A stretch of DNA of 57,914 nucleotides from an uncultured Capnocytophaga sp. (GCA_937919265.1 CALFOY010000340.1:1-57914); one strand, 5' to 3'. Numbered from the stretch's first letter, positions 1-9,882 are shown. Made by a program: numbers and translations. Notes: generated by a model not told the origin, from the letters alone.

Positions 1-184
1 TAATATTAGATATTGAAAATATTTTTACAATTAAATAATTGATTATTAGTTTTTTATGATTATAAAAAAATGACAAACGAAAAACTATTGTTTTTTGATA
101 GTAATATTAACAAAATTCATTCATTTATATCCAAAAAAAATAGTAATTTTACACCCGAAATCTGACAAAAAAATGGAAGAAAAT

Positions 185-1039
185 ATGTCTTGGTTTAAAC
201 GAAAAACAAAAGGAATACAAACTTCTACGGAAGAGAAGAAAGATATACCACAAGGATTATGGTACAAATCTCCAACGGGTAAAATAGTTGAGACAGAGGA
301 ACTTGCAAATAATTTTTATATCAGTCCAGAAGATGGGTATCACGTACGGATTGGTAGTAAAGAATATTTTGAAATTATATTTGACGGAAATTTTAGAGAG
401 TTTGATAGCGCTATGAAATCCAAAGATCCGCTAAGTTTTGAAGATACAAAAAAATATGTGGATAGGTTAAAAGAAGCTCACAAAAACACAGGACTTTATG
501 ATGCTGTTCGTACAGCGGTAGGAGAGTCTAAAGGAAGAGAAATTGTGGTTGCTTGTATGGATTTCTCTTTCATAGGTGGCTCTATGGGAAGTGTAGTAGG
601 AGAGAAGATATCAAGAGCTATTGATTATGCTATTAAATATCGATTACCTTTCTTAATGATTTCAAAATCTGGAGGAGCGCGAATGATGGAGGCAGCTTTT
701 TCTCTTATGCAAATGGCTAAAACTTCTGCAAAATTGGCTCAACTTGATGATGCTGGCTTGCCTTATATTTCTTTATGTACAGATCCAACAACAGGCGGGG
801 TAACAGCTTCTTTTGCTATGTTAGGAGATATTAATATAGCAGAACCAGGTGCGCTTATAGGTTTTGCGGGACCTCGTGTAGTAAAAGATACAACAGGGAA
901 AGAACTTCCAGAAGGTTTCCAAACTGCAGAGTTTGTTCAAGAACACGGATTTTTAGATTTTATTGTTAATCGTAAGGATTTGAAAAATAAGATAAATCTT
1001 TATCTTGACCTTGTTTTAAATACTCCTGTGCGAGCTTAA
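185..1039 (+). CDS. accD: Acetyl-CoA carboxylase carboxyltransferase beta subunit
   Basis: [39 protein letters not shown] and GFAGPRV motifs; start moved to ATG 185 (MSWFKR). Confidence 0.97.
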   Translation: MSWFKRKTKGIQTSTEEKKDIPQGLWYKSPTGKIVETEELANNFYISPEDGYHVRIGSKEYFEIIFDGNFREFDSAMKSKDPLSFEDTKKYVDRLKEAHKNTGLYDAVRTAVGESKGREIVVACMDFSFIGGSMGSVVGEKISRAIDYAIKYRLPFLMISKSGGARMMEAAFSLMQMAKTSAKLAQLDDAGLPYISLCTDPTTGGVTASFAMLGDINIAEPGALIGFAGPRVVKDTTGKELPEGFQTAEFVQEHGFLDFIVNRKDLKNKINLYLDLVLNTPVRA

Positions 1040-1069
1040 AATGCTTTTTTATTACTAATTTTTATATAG

Positions 1070-1102
1070 AACACTCTTCAAAAAATGGAGAGTGTTTTTT
1101 TT
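1070..1102 (+). terminator. Rho-independent terminator of accD
   Basis: AACACTCTTCA/TGGAGAGTGTT stem followed by a T-tract. Confidence 0.75.
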
Positions 1103-1189
1103 ATGGAATGTAATATAATTTGTACGTAAAAAAATAGCCATCTAAATATTAGATGACTATTTTTAAATATGAGAATTTCACTAAACTTA

Positions 1190-2026
1190 CTAATTTATTT
1201 TAGGGTTTTTCATTCCTTCTTCTATCATATTATAGAATTGATCTAGTTTCGGAAGTACTACGATACGAGTACGGCGGTTTCTTGCACGTCCGTCAGCAGA
1301 ACTATTATCTGTAACTGGGATATATTCACTACGTCCTGCGGCAGTCATACGAGCAGGAGAAACACCAAAATCAGTTTGTAATATACGAACTACAGCAGTA
1401 GCACGTAATACACTTAAGTCCCAATTGTCTTTTATACAAGCAGTTTTGATAGGTACATTATCAGTATGACCTTCTACCATAAATTCAAAATCAGGTTTGT
1501 TATTTACAACTTGTGCTACTTTACCCAATACTTCACGAGCTTTCGGAGTAACATTATAGCTTCCACTACTGAAAAGTAATTTATCTGAAATAGAAACATA
1601 AACGACACCTTTATCTACTTGAACAGTAATATCTTCATCATCAAGATTACCAAGAACGCCTTTAAGGCTTTGAACAAGAGCCAAATTTACAGAGTCTCTA
1701 CGCGTTACAGCATCACGCAAGTTTTTGATAGTAAGGTCTTTTTCGCGTAGGCTTTCAAGAGATTTTTCTAGGTTATCTGCTCCTTTTTTGCTCAATAGAG
1801 TCATATTTCCTAAGTTAGAAAGTAACCCATCATTGTTTTTTTGTAGAACTTCATTTTTAGAAGCTAAAGCCTCTTTTTCTTGAAGACACAAATTGAGCTT
1901 CATTGTAGTAGAGTTAAGTAAATCTTCTGTACTTTTTAGCTTGCTTTGTACTTCATTAAATTTTTTGTTAGATACGCAGGATGTTGCTAAAATACCTGCA
2001 AAACATAATAAAGCGATTTTTTTCAT
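1190..2026 (-). CDS. OmpA/MotB-family peptidoglycan-binding lipoprotein with coiled coil
   Basis: Lipobox LATSC, coiled coil, VEGHTDNVP, NWDLSVLRA and RNRRTRI motifs. Confidence 0.9.
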   Translation of the reverse strand: MKKIALLCFAGILATSCVSNKKFNEVQSKLKSTEDLLNSTTMKLNLCLQEKEALASKNEVLQKNNDGLLSNLGNMTLLSKKGADNLEKSLESLREKDLTIKNLRDAVTRRDSVNLALVQSLKGVLGNLDDEDITVQVDKGVVYVSISDKLLFSSGSYNVTPKAREVLGKVAQVVNNKPDFEFMVEGHTDNVPIKTACIKDNWDLSVLRATAVVRILQTDFGVSPARMTAAGRSEYIPVTDNSSADGRARNRRTRIVVLPKLDQFYNMIEEGMKNPKIN

Positions 2027-2210
2027 TGGTAAAAATATTGTGATTTTATAGGATGCAAAGTTACGAAAAAAACTTTTAAAAAATGTTGTTTCTTTGAAAA
2101 TAGTTTGTTAAAAAACATATATATAATGAAATCATTTTTTGTAAAAATATATTTTAAAAAAACTGATAATCATAGATTAATTAAATTTATTTAAAATAAT
2201 TAAAAATAAT

Positions 2211-2241
2211 TTTGTTTGTATCGAAAATAGTATTATCTTTG
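2211..2241 (+). promoter_or_regulatory. Bacteroidetes primary-sigma promoter with no downstream ORF
   Basis: TTTG (2211-2214), N19, TATCTTTG (2234-2241) followed by C; full match to the -33/-7 consensus. Confidence 0.7.
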
Positions 2242-2246
2242 CAACG

Positions 2247-2423
2247 TTGTTGTTTGGATGTAAAAGTCCGTTTATAGAGAAATGTTTTTAGTATTTCATT
2301 TCACTTAGATTTCTAATGAGTATGTTCTTTTTTAGTGTTTTTAATATCAGTTGTTTTAACCTCATTAGATTTTAGTTAGTTTTAAGTTAAAAAAAATCCT
2401 CACAAATTTGTGAGGATTTTTTT
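2247..2423 (+). ncRNA. Candidate small RNA (~175 nt)
   Basis: Consensus promoter, internal stems (TCTAATGAG 2312-2320/CTCATTAGA 2361-2369), U-rich segment, terminator, and no convincing ORF. Confidence 0.5.
2390..2423. terminator. Bidirectional terminator
   Basis: Perfect palindrome AAAAAAATCCTCACAAATTTGTGAGGATTTTTTT. Confidence 0.85.
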
Positions 2424-2443
2424 ATGAGTATTGAATTTAAATT

Positions 2444-3997
2444 TTATTTCCAAGAGAAATTATCAATTACAAATTGTCTTGTACCTTTTGCTGCTTTTAT
2501 TGTAATGGTATAGCTACCTTTTTTATTAAGTTCTTTGGTGTATTTGTTTTGACCTTTGAATTTAACTTCATCAATTTTTGTAGTTGAATTTTCATCTCCC
2601 TCATATACTAAGAAATGTCTATCTTGATTCCCTGAAAAAGCTTCTTTATAATCAAAAGAAATTTCTTTTACACCATTTGGAAAAGTTATTTTAATGTAAG
2701 AAAGACCATAAGTTTTATGCTCAGTTAACATAAGACCTTTTCCATTAATTCCGTGTACATCAACATCTGTACGAGCTTTATAAGTAAGAGTAACACCATC
2801 AGCTCCTGTTAAAGTACCTGTTTCATTATAATGATTTGAAGGGGTAATACTTTCAAAATCGAAAACATTAGGGGTTGTGTTTCCACTTTGATTTCCTCCG
2901 CCTTGGTTTCCATTTTGGCTACCACCTTGGTTGTTATTATCTTGTGTAACTACATTACCGAAAACTAAATCAGAGCCTGAGGCTATTTGTATTTGTCTTG
3001 TATTGTTATGCGTTTTAAAAGTACCTGTTGCTGTTAATTCTTGCCCTGCAGTATTCAATTTTGTTTTTATACTTTGGTCTAATTTTGTATAACCAGTTAC
3101 ATAAACTTGAATTTCTGTTCCGTCAGAAAAATTTAAATAAGTTCTGTTATTTTTTACAGAAACAACTCCTTTCAGTTTTACTTTTTTATCTTCTACATAA
3201 TCATTTACTGTAGCAGTTTTAGCATCGAGCTCTGTAACAGTATCGTTTGCTGGAGGAGTAGGAGTAGCAGAAGAACTACCAAAAACTAAATCAGAGCCAG
3301 AGGCTACTTGTATTTGTTTTATAGTGTTGTACGTTTTAAAAGTACCTGTTGCTGTTAATTCTTGCCCTGCAGTATTCAATTTTGTTTTTATACTTTGGTC
3401 TAATTTTGTATAACCAGTTACATAAACTTGAATTTCTGTTCCGTCAGAAAAATTTAAATAAGTTCTGTTATTTTTTACAGAAACAACTCCTTTCAGTTTT
3501 ACTTTTTTATCTTCCACATAATCATTTACTGTAGCAGTTTTAGCATCAAGCTCTGTAACGGTATCGTTTGCTGGTGGAGTAACAGAAGAACTACCAAAAA
3601 CTAAATCACTTTCTTTTTCATAAAGAATTTCTTTTATGACAGTTCCGTTTTTTAGTTTATGATCTTTGAAAGTACCTGTTACAGTTACTTCTTGTCCTTG
3701 TGTCGCTAATTTCTTTTTAGTTTCTTGGCTAAAATTTTCAACAATAGACTTGTGAGCGAAAATTTGTACTTCTGTTTTATCAGAAAAAATGATATAGGAA
3801 TAAGTTCCTTTTACAGTAATATTCCCTTTCAAAGATACTTTTTTTCCATCTTTATAATCATTTATTGTAGCAGTTTTGGCATCAAGAACATAAGACTGTT
3901 TTTGTTGTCCATCTATAGGAGGGATGCCTGTTTCGTCGTCTTTTTTACACGACATTAAAACGGTGAGCGCTAAGCTCAAAAGAAGTAATTTTCTCAT
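2444..3997 (-). CDS. Surface lipoprotein with three ~105-aa OB-fold-like repeats and a C-terminal beta-sandwich
   Basis: Lipobox LMSC followed by KKDDE; repeats with KKVxLKG...FSDxTE.Q....GQE.T.TGTFK; G/N/Q linker; fold assignment is inference. Confidence 0.75.
   Translation of the reverse strand: MRKLLLLSLALTVLMSCKKDDETGIPPIDGQQKQSYVLDAKTATINDYKDGKKVSLKGNITVKGTYSYIIFSDKTEVQIFAHKSIVENFSQETKKKLATQGQEVTVTGTFKDHKLKNGTVIKEILYEKESDLVFGSSSVTPPANDTVTELDAKTATVNDYVEDKKVKLKGVVSVKNNRTYLNFSDGTEIQVYVTGYTKLDQSIKTKLNTAGQELTATGTFKTYNTIKQIQVASGSDLVFGSSSATPTPPANDTVTELDAKTATVNDYVEDKKVKLKGVVSVKNNRTYLNFSDGTEIQVYVTGYTKLDQSIKTKLNTAGQELTATGTFKTHNNTRQIQIASGSDLVFGNVVTQDNNNQGGSQNGNQGGGNQSGNTTPNVFDFESITPSNHYNETGTLTGADGVTLTYKARTDVDVHGINGKGLMLTEHKTYGLSYIKITFPNGVKEISFDYKEAFSGNQDRHFLVYEGDENSTTKIDEVKFKGQNKYTKELNKKGSYTITIKAAKGTRQFVIDNFSWK
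2956..3581. repeat. Intragenic direct repeat, period 321 bp (2956-3260 and 3277-3581)
   Basis: 3011-3193 is identical to 3332-3514; the flanks differ at scattered positions. Confidence 0.95.
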
Positions 3998-4015
3998 AAC
4001 ATATGATTTTTGTTA

Positions 4016-4867
4016 TTAATTTGTACGTTGAATATCAGTTATATTATTAATTTTAAATTGGAAGTTTTTAGTATTATTTTTTCCTTTATAAATTGTAATA
4101 ATACCTCGTATATTAAGATTTCCAGATGGTACAATGTCTTTAATAAAAGAAGCATAACTACTTGTAATAAGTTCTAATTCTTTATTTTGTTGGTCTTTTA
4201 TTTTATGAGTAGTATTGTACTGATCAATAGGGTTATAAAAAGTTTTTCCTACAGAGGCATCTGTAAATGTTACATTTTTTAGAAGTACTAATTTGTAACT
4301 ACTTGCATCTGATTTTATAGTGCTAAGATTATCAAAAGAAGTGGTAATATCTTCAATGTTAGCTACTTCACCAGAAGGGATAATTACATTTTCGTACATA
4401 GCAGATGGAAGATTGGATATTTTTTTGTTTCCGCCAGATGTAGTACTTTCTCCATAACCTACTTTTATTACTGCATAACGAGGGTCTTCCCATATGGAAG
4501 TACCTTTGAGTCGTACTTGTACTTTACTTCCGATAGGAAATTCACTATACAATCCCTTTTTATCGATAGCAACTATAATAGTTCCAGATTTGTCAATGGC
4601 TTGTACATATATTTCTTTGTAGAAATTTCCGCCTTCGTCGCTTGAAATAACATAACCTTCAAAAGCATTATCTTCTGTATAAAGTTGAACATTAGAACTA
4701 ATTTTAGCTTTTAAATCTGTATAAGAAATTATGTTACTTCTGTTATATTCGTTGTATTTTTTACTTTTTTGCTCTAAAATACTTTTAGTGTCTGGTAAAT
4801 TATAATTATTATCTTTTACACAAGAAAATAATGACAGACTGATAAATGTAAATAATATTTTTTTCAT
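4016..4867 (-). CDS. DUF5689-like lipoprotein
   Basis: Lipobox LFSC; GYVISSDEGGNFYKEIYVQ, LVLLKNVTF and TSSYASF motifs. Confidence 0.75.
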   Translation of the reverse strand: MKKILFTFISLSLFSCVKDNNYNLPDTKSILEQKSKKYNEYNRSNIISYTDLKAKISSNVQLYTEDNAFEGYVISSDEGGNFYKEIYVQAIDKSGTIIVAIDKKGLYSEFPIGSKVQVRLKGTSIWEDPRYAVIKVGYGESTTSGGNKKISNLPSAMYENVIIPSGEVANIEDITTSFDNLSTIKSDASSYKLVLLKNVTFTDASVGKTFYNPIDQYNTTHKIKDQQNKELELITSSYASFIKDIVPSGNLNIRGIITIYKGKNNTKNFQFKINNITDIQRTN

Positions 4868-4887
4868 TATTCTGTACTTTATTAAGG

Positions 4888-7647
4888 TTATAAACTTAAA
4901 GCTAAATTAACATAATATGTTGTTCCGTATCCAGTGAAATATTTGTTTCCGAAGGTAGGATATCCGTTTCTTTTATCGGCAAGCATAGAGTTATAATCAC
5001 CTTTTCTAGCTTGTTCAAAACCACCAGATTTGAATTGATTATTTAGTAAATTATTAACACTTATGAAAGCATTAAGGAAATGACCTTTTATTCTCCAAGA
5101 TTTACCTGCAGAAAGATTCATTAAGAATAAAGTAGGTAATTTTTCTTGTGAAAGCATTTCTCGTACTGTATTTTCATTTACATTTGTAATTCGGGTTCCT
5201 GTATTTGGGTCTGTATAAATATTTTCTGTACGAATACTTGGAGCAACAGAAATATAATTTCTATCAAACCAATTGGCAGTAACAGCTACCCACCAATAAC
5301 GAGGGCTACGATATTCTAAACCAGCAGAATACGCACATTGAGGTCCATTTCCTACTTTATAATTTTTCAAATAAGAAACCATAGGGTCTCCGATGAGTTT
5401 TTTGTCAATAGATTGGAAAATAGTAGGATTATTATCATAAGTATATTGATTGACAGAAACCACTCCAGTGGCTTTAATAGTTGGTAATACATCTACTTCT
5501 GCACCAAATTCTCCTCCGAAATGTATTTTATTAACATCTACCATTGTTTGAGTTACGAACCCTGCAGACTCGTCTCCAAGGCGAGACTGAGTAAAGAAAT
5601 AACTTTTTTCAGTAGCATTTTCAAATTTGGTAACATATCCTGTAACTCTAGCTTTTATGTAAGGCATACGTATGATATAACTTCCGTCAGCAGTTAGTTG
5701 AGTTTCTGCCTTTAACCCATAAGGGATAGTAGAATTAGAATTACGAATATTTACAAAAATATTATTAAGAGGCTGAGGGTCTTCAAAATATCCTGTGTTG
5801 AATTGTAAAATATGACGACCTGTGAGGCTGTAAGTTATCCCAGCTTTGGTACTGATGGTATTATAATATTTTATACCACTTTTACCTTTTGAGTCTGCAT
5901 AAATAGTATTGTCTGCAAACTGTCCATCACGCTCATAACCTGTATAGTTATATCTTCCTGCAACATAGAAATCAGCTTTGCCAAATTTAAAACGAAGTTG
6001 TCCGAAAGCATTCAATTTCTGAATGTTAGCCATATAATAATATTGATATTTATCGCCTTCTTTAAGTCTTAAATTTTCTTGTGTATCATATAATTCTCCA
6101 GAATAATAGCTTCTATTAAGGAAATATTGTCCACCAAGTAAATCATTGATTTGTTGATAATTTTCAGTAGAAATATTTTGGTAAGAAACACCTCCATTAA
6201 GAGTAATATTTGGATGAATTTTTGTAGAAGCTAATAAATTACCACTAAGTGTTTTAGAGTCTATAATATCCTCATTTAGAGCATATAAACTTTCTCCTCC
6301 AGCACTTGCATTTGCTAAATAAATTTTGTCCCAGTTAAGTTGTTTATTTTCTCTAAAATATTCAATTTGCTGTTTAGCTTTATCCCAAGCTAAAGGGTCT
6401 CCGCCTTCAGTAGGGTTATACATATTATAATAATATGTAGGCATATTAGTATAATATGAAGGGTCAGGATTTTGAGATTTTACATATTGTAAACGAGTGT
6501 CTCCAACTTGCCCAAATTGATAACCTAAATTAAGTTCTACTTTGGTGTCATTTTTATGATAAGTATTAGATAAGATAAAAATAGGCTCTGCTATTCTTTT
6601 CATTTTAGAGTTACGAATATCTCCTGCTTGGTAACCCCAGTTTGGGTTATATCTTCGTCCGCCTAAAGCTATAGCCTCTTGTGTTAATGGAGCCGATTTC
6701 CCTCTGTTATTATAGGAGAAAATTCCTGCTAAATTTGAAGAAAAATACGGACTAAATTTATATTCTAATGCACCTGCTACGGCATAAGATTTATAAAGCA
6801 TTCCGTCCATTACAGGATAATTCCAGTTATTTCTTCCATTATTCCAACGATAAGAACCAGAAATCATATAACCAAATCCATTAGGTTTTATGCCTGAATT
6901 GTAAGTTACCATTGTACGACCTATATAACTACGGTTAGAGCCAGTGGCAGAGAGTTTTAGTCCATTACGAATTTCTGATGGACGAACAGAAATAGAAGTA
7001 CTACCAAAAACTCCTCCAAAGTCATTTTCAGAAGCTCCTACTCCTGTGACAATCACTTGGTTACGTGTAGCGTCATTCAATCCTCCCCAGTTACTCCATT
7101 GTGGTCTACCTGTTTCAACTTTTGCCATATTAATACCATTTATTAATACATTGGCTTTATTAGAATCATAACCTCTTGGGCGGTAGAAAACTTGACTAAA
7201 ATCATATGCAGCACGTTGGAAATAAAGGTCTTGTGAAGATTGCAAAAAACCAGATATCATAGCAGAGCTTCCTTCTTCGTCATCTAACTCATCATCAGAA
7301 AGGGTGATGATGTTATTTGCTGTTTCGTGCTTTTCTTTTTCTAAGAAAATGATAGGTAATTGAAGTGTGTTTTTTACTTCAAAAGATATTTTTTGAGATA
7401 AATATCCACTTGCTGTTGCTAATAAGGTATATTTTCCTTTAGGTAATTGAAAAGAGTAACTTCCTGATGTATCAGTTTTTACATTTACAGAAGTTCCTTC
7501 AACAATTAAAGATACATCTTTTAGAGTATTTTTATTTTGTTGCACTTTCCCGCTTACCAAGAAATTCTGTGCTGTCGCATTTAATCCTAAAATAAGGAAA
7601 AAGCTCAAAATTAATTGTTTCATTGTCATTCTAAGTTTATATTTCAT
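4888..7647 (-). CDS. TonB-dependent receptor (non-SusC type) with N-terminal carboxypeptidase-regulatory-like domain
   Basis: Signal peptide, TDTSGSYSF domain, plug RGYDS...VLINGI, amphipathic strands, VNNLLN...YYVNLALSL terminus; start may be ATG 7623. Confidence 0.88.
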   Translation of the reverse strand: MKYKLRMTMKQLILSFFLILGLNATAQNFLVSGKVQQNKNTLKDVSLIVEGTSVNVKTDTSGSYSFQLPKGKYTLLATASGYLSQKISFEVKNTLQLPIIFLEKEKHETANNIITLSDDELDDEEGSSAMISGFLQSSQDLYFQRAAYDFSQVFYRPRGYDSNKANVLINGINMAKVETGRPQWSNWGGLNDATRNQVIVTGVGASENDFGGVFGSTSISVRPSEIRNGLKLSATGSNRSYIGRTMVTYNSGIKPNGFGYMISGSYRWNNGRNNWNYPVMDGMLYKSYAVAGALEYKFSPYFSSNLAGIFSYNNRGKSAPLTQEAIALGGRRYNPNWGYQAGDIRNSKMKRIAEPIFILSNTYHKNDTKVELNLGYQFGQVGDTRLQYVKSQNPDPSYYTNMPTYYYNMYNPTEGGDPLAWDKAKQQIEYFRENKQLNWDKIYLANASAGGESLYALNEDIIDSKTLSGNLLASTKIHPNITLNGGVSYQNISTENYQQINDLLGGQYFLNRSYYSGELYDTQENLRLKEGDKYQYYYMANIQKLNAFGQLRFKFGKADFYVAGRYNYTGYERDGQFADNTIYADSKGKSGIKYYNTISTKAGITYSLTGRHILQFNTGYFEDPQPLNNIFVNIRNSNSTIPYGLKAETQLTADGSYIIRMPYIKARVTGYVTKFENATEKSYFFTQSRLGDESAGFVTQTMVDVNKIHFGGEFGAEVDVLPTIKATGVVSVNQYTYDNNPTIFQSIDKKLIGDPMVSYLKNYKVGNGPQCAYSAGLEYRSPRYWWVAVTANWFDRNYISVAPSIRTENIYTDPNTGTRITNVNENTVREMLSQEKLPTLFLMNLSAGKSWRIKGHFLNAFISVNNLLNNQFKSGGFEQARKGDYNSMLADKRNGYPTFGNKYFTGYGTTYYVNLALSL

Positions 7648-7650
7648 TTA

Positions 7651-8559
7651 TTATTTCCAAGTATTTTCAGGAGAATGATTTTCAACTTCTCCATAAATTT
7701 TAGAAGCTAAATAAGGGTTGTCTATAAAAGGATTTCGGTTACCTTGAGCTTCTTCTATTATATTATTTCGTTGAATTTCAAGAGAAGAAACAGGGTCTTC
7801 CGCATTCCATTTTAAGAGCAATCCAATACCTTTGGTACTAACTTTTTCTACAGGGAGGTTATAACGAATGTTTAGGTACATAATCATTCTTGCTACATCT
7901 CCTTTCCATTCATCACCTGGATACCAACTATTTTTGCCTACTTTGTGAGCGTTTCCTTTTCCATCAGTATAAGGGTGATTACTTCGGCTACTATTTACAG
8001 AACTATCACAATAGCGAAGGTGGTGTAAATCTCCTGTTTTAGGTTGGTTATTTTTTGCATTACCTTTTTCTCCAAGAAAACTTTGTGGATAAACGTGCTC
8101 TGTATTGATACTTCCTTGAGCGCTTCCTTTCCAAATATTTTCTTTAGGTCTTGATTCTCCTGTATATATCAAGATAACATTTGAAGAATTTTTCTCATCA
8201 GCATCTGCTTTTTGCAAATAAGGATGTCGCTCTTTATAAGACAAAATATGTTTGTGTTTTTGAATAGTTAGTACAGCTAAATCATCTTTTAAATTAGTTC
8301 CTGTTTTTGCAAAATTAATACCCTGATAATAATATAAAAGTTTTGGGGGAACTTTCATATCAGAGGCTTGATTTTGATTTTGCCCTTGATTTGGTTTCTG
8401 GTTTTGATTTTGTCCTTGATTTTGATTAGGATTGGGCAAAGGTTTAGGAATATAATTTTCCTTGATTTTTTTTAAAGTATAGTCATTCCCTGATAAATTA
8501 TCTTTATCACAGGCAAGACAAAACATTAAACAAGTGGATAGAATTAGAATTTTTTTCAT
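7651..8559 (-). CDS. Endonuclease I (EndA/Bsn-like His-Me) family lipoprotein
   Basis: Lipobox CLAC-DKD; NTEHVYPQS, DLHHL, NSSRSN, KGDVAR, WNAEDP and QGNRNPFIDNP motifs. Confidence 0.9.
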   Translation of the reverse strand: MKKILILSTCLMFCLACDKDNLSGNDYTLKKIKENYIPKPLPNPNQNQGQNQNQKPNQGQNQNQASDMKVPPKLLYYYQGINFAKTGTNLKDDLAVLTIQKHKHILSYKERHPYLQKADADEKNSSNVILIYTGESRPKENIWKGSAQGSINTEHVYPQSFLGEKGNAKNNQPKTGDLHHLRYCDSSVNSSRSNHPYTDGKGNAHKVGKNSWYPGDEWKGDVARMIMYLNIRYNLPVEKVSTKGIGLLLKWNAEDPVSSLEIQRNNIIEEAQGNRNPFIDNPYLASKIYGEVENHSPENTWK

Positions 8560-8589
8560 TTTGTGGTTTTTATTAGTAGAAAATAGATT

Positions 8590-9636
8590 TCACTTTTTTT
8601 CTTTAATCAAATACAGATATGCTGGGAAGTGGTCAGAATATCCTCCGGTATAACTTCCATTAGAATAACTTCTGAAAGGATACCCCACATATTTGCCTGA
8701 TGGGCTTGCAAGCTCAGGACTATTGAAAATACCTGCTTTCCAGTAAGAATACCCATCATTGTTAGGTTTTAAATATCCGTAAGTGATAACAAATTGGTCA
8801 AATAAACTCCAACTATCTCTATAAGCAAGAGAGCCAACTCCTTTTTTATACATATTCTCCATAGGGTTGTATAGTTCGCCTTGCTTTACATCTTCTTTAT
8901 GAGCTTTGGTTTTTAATACTTTTTTGAAGCTAGAATTAGTAGGGTCATCATTAAAATCTCCCATACTAATTACCTTTGCCATAGGATCAATTTTTGTTAA
9001 AGAATCTATAATTTTTTTATTAAGAGCCGCAGCTGCTTCACGGAAAGGACGGCTAGCAGCTTCCCCTCCAGAACGAGAAGGCCAGTGATTTACAATGAAA
9101 TGAATAGTTTCTCCTTCCATTTCTCCAGAAACTAAAAGCTGATCACGAGTATAACGAGGTTTCCCAGAAGCATCAGCTATTTTTAGAAAATGTTTAGAGA
9201 TATTAGAAGGTTTGAAAATATCTTTTTTATAAATAAAAGCTACATCAATTCCTCGCATATCAGGAGATTCAAAATGAGCAATTCCGTAGTTGCTATCTGC
9301 AAGGAAAGAAGTATTTATCAAGTCTTGAACAACTTCTCTATTTTCTACTTCACAAAGCCCAACAAAGTCTGGCGTCTGTCCTGTTACATCTTTTCCTATT
9401 TTAGAAATGGTAACTCCAAGTTTGTTCAAGTGGTCGTTATAATGCACACTTGTCCAGTGGTCTTTGCCTGTTGGAGTACGGTCATCATCAAATTTTTTTG
9501 GATCATTGATGGTGTCAAATAGGTTTTCTACGTTGTAGAAAGCAACAGTTCGCACAGAGTATGATTTTTTTTGTGCAAAACCTGAAAAAGTACTGAAAAT
9601 CAGTAAAAAACTAAAAATTCTAATATATGATTTCAT
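8590..9636 (-). CDS. Exported endonuclease/exonuclease/phosphatase (EEP) family nuclease
   Basis: Signal peptide; FYNVENLFD, LCEVEN, NHWPSR, GDFND and YSDHFP motifs; start ATG 9636 lies downstream of a minus-strand TACTTTTG -7 element. Confidence 0.9.
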   Translation of the reverse strand: MKSYIRIFSFLLIFSTFSGFAQKKSYSVRTVAFYNVENLFDTINDPKKFDDDRTPTGKDHWTSVHYNDHLNKLGVTISKIGKDVTGQTPDFVGLCEVENREVVQDLINTSFLADSNYGIAHFESPDMRGIDVAFIYKKDIFKPSNISKHFLKIADASGKPRYTRDQLLVSGEMEGETIHFIVNHWPSRSGGEAASRPFREAAAALNKKIIDSLTKIDPMAKVISMGDFNDDPTNSSFKKVLKTKAHKEDVKQGELYNPMENMYKKGVGSLAYRDSWSLFDQFVITYGYLKPNNDGYSYWKAGIFNSPELASPSGKYVGYPFRSYSNGSYTGGYSDHFPAYLYLIKEKK

Positions 9637-9822
9637 AAACCTAAATCTTTGCTCAAAAGTAAAGTTTTTTTTTGAAAAAAACAATAAAATTAAATCTATT
9701 TTTTTTATATTTTATAGAAAAAAATGCTAATAATATCTTAAAATTTTCTGATATTTTTTTATATAAAAAAGAAAAAATACTTCGATTAAAACAATAGTTA
9801 TGAATGCAACTAATTCAAAATA

Positions 9823-9858
9823 AAAAAGTTATCAACAAGTATTATGTTAATAACTTTC
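9823..9858 (-). terminator. Terminator of tatA
   Basis: Minus strand AAAGTTATTAACA/TGTTGATAACTTT stem with a G-U pair and a U-tract. Confidence 0.65.
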
Positions 9859-9882
9859 ATTAAAGACACAAATCAAAAAACA

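Noticed and set aside
185..360. AccD lacking zinc-ribbon cysteines
   Set aside because: To my knowledge this is common in flavobacterial AccD, not a lesion
1190..2026. Flagellar motor MotB
   Set aside because: It is a lipoprotein with no MotB TM helix and no motA neighbour; a generic peptidoglycan-binding OmpA-like domain fits better
3028..3534. Two near-identical 61-aa plus-strand ORFs
   Set aside because: They are antisense shadows of the 321-bp intragenic duplication
2956..3581. DGR template/variable repeat pair or CRISPR array
   Set aside because: No reverse transcriptase or cas gene; differences are not adenine-specific; both copies are in-frame domains of one gene
9829..9853. Inverted DnaA-box-like pair TTATCAACA/TGTTAATAA
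   Set aside because: Only two boxes, and they are better explained as the stem of the tatA terminator
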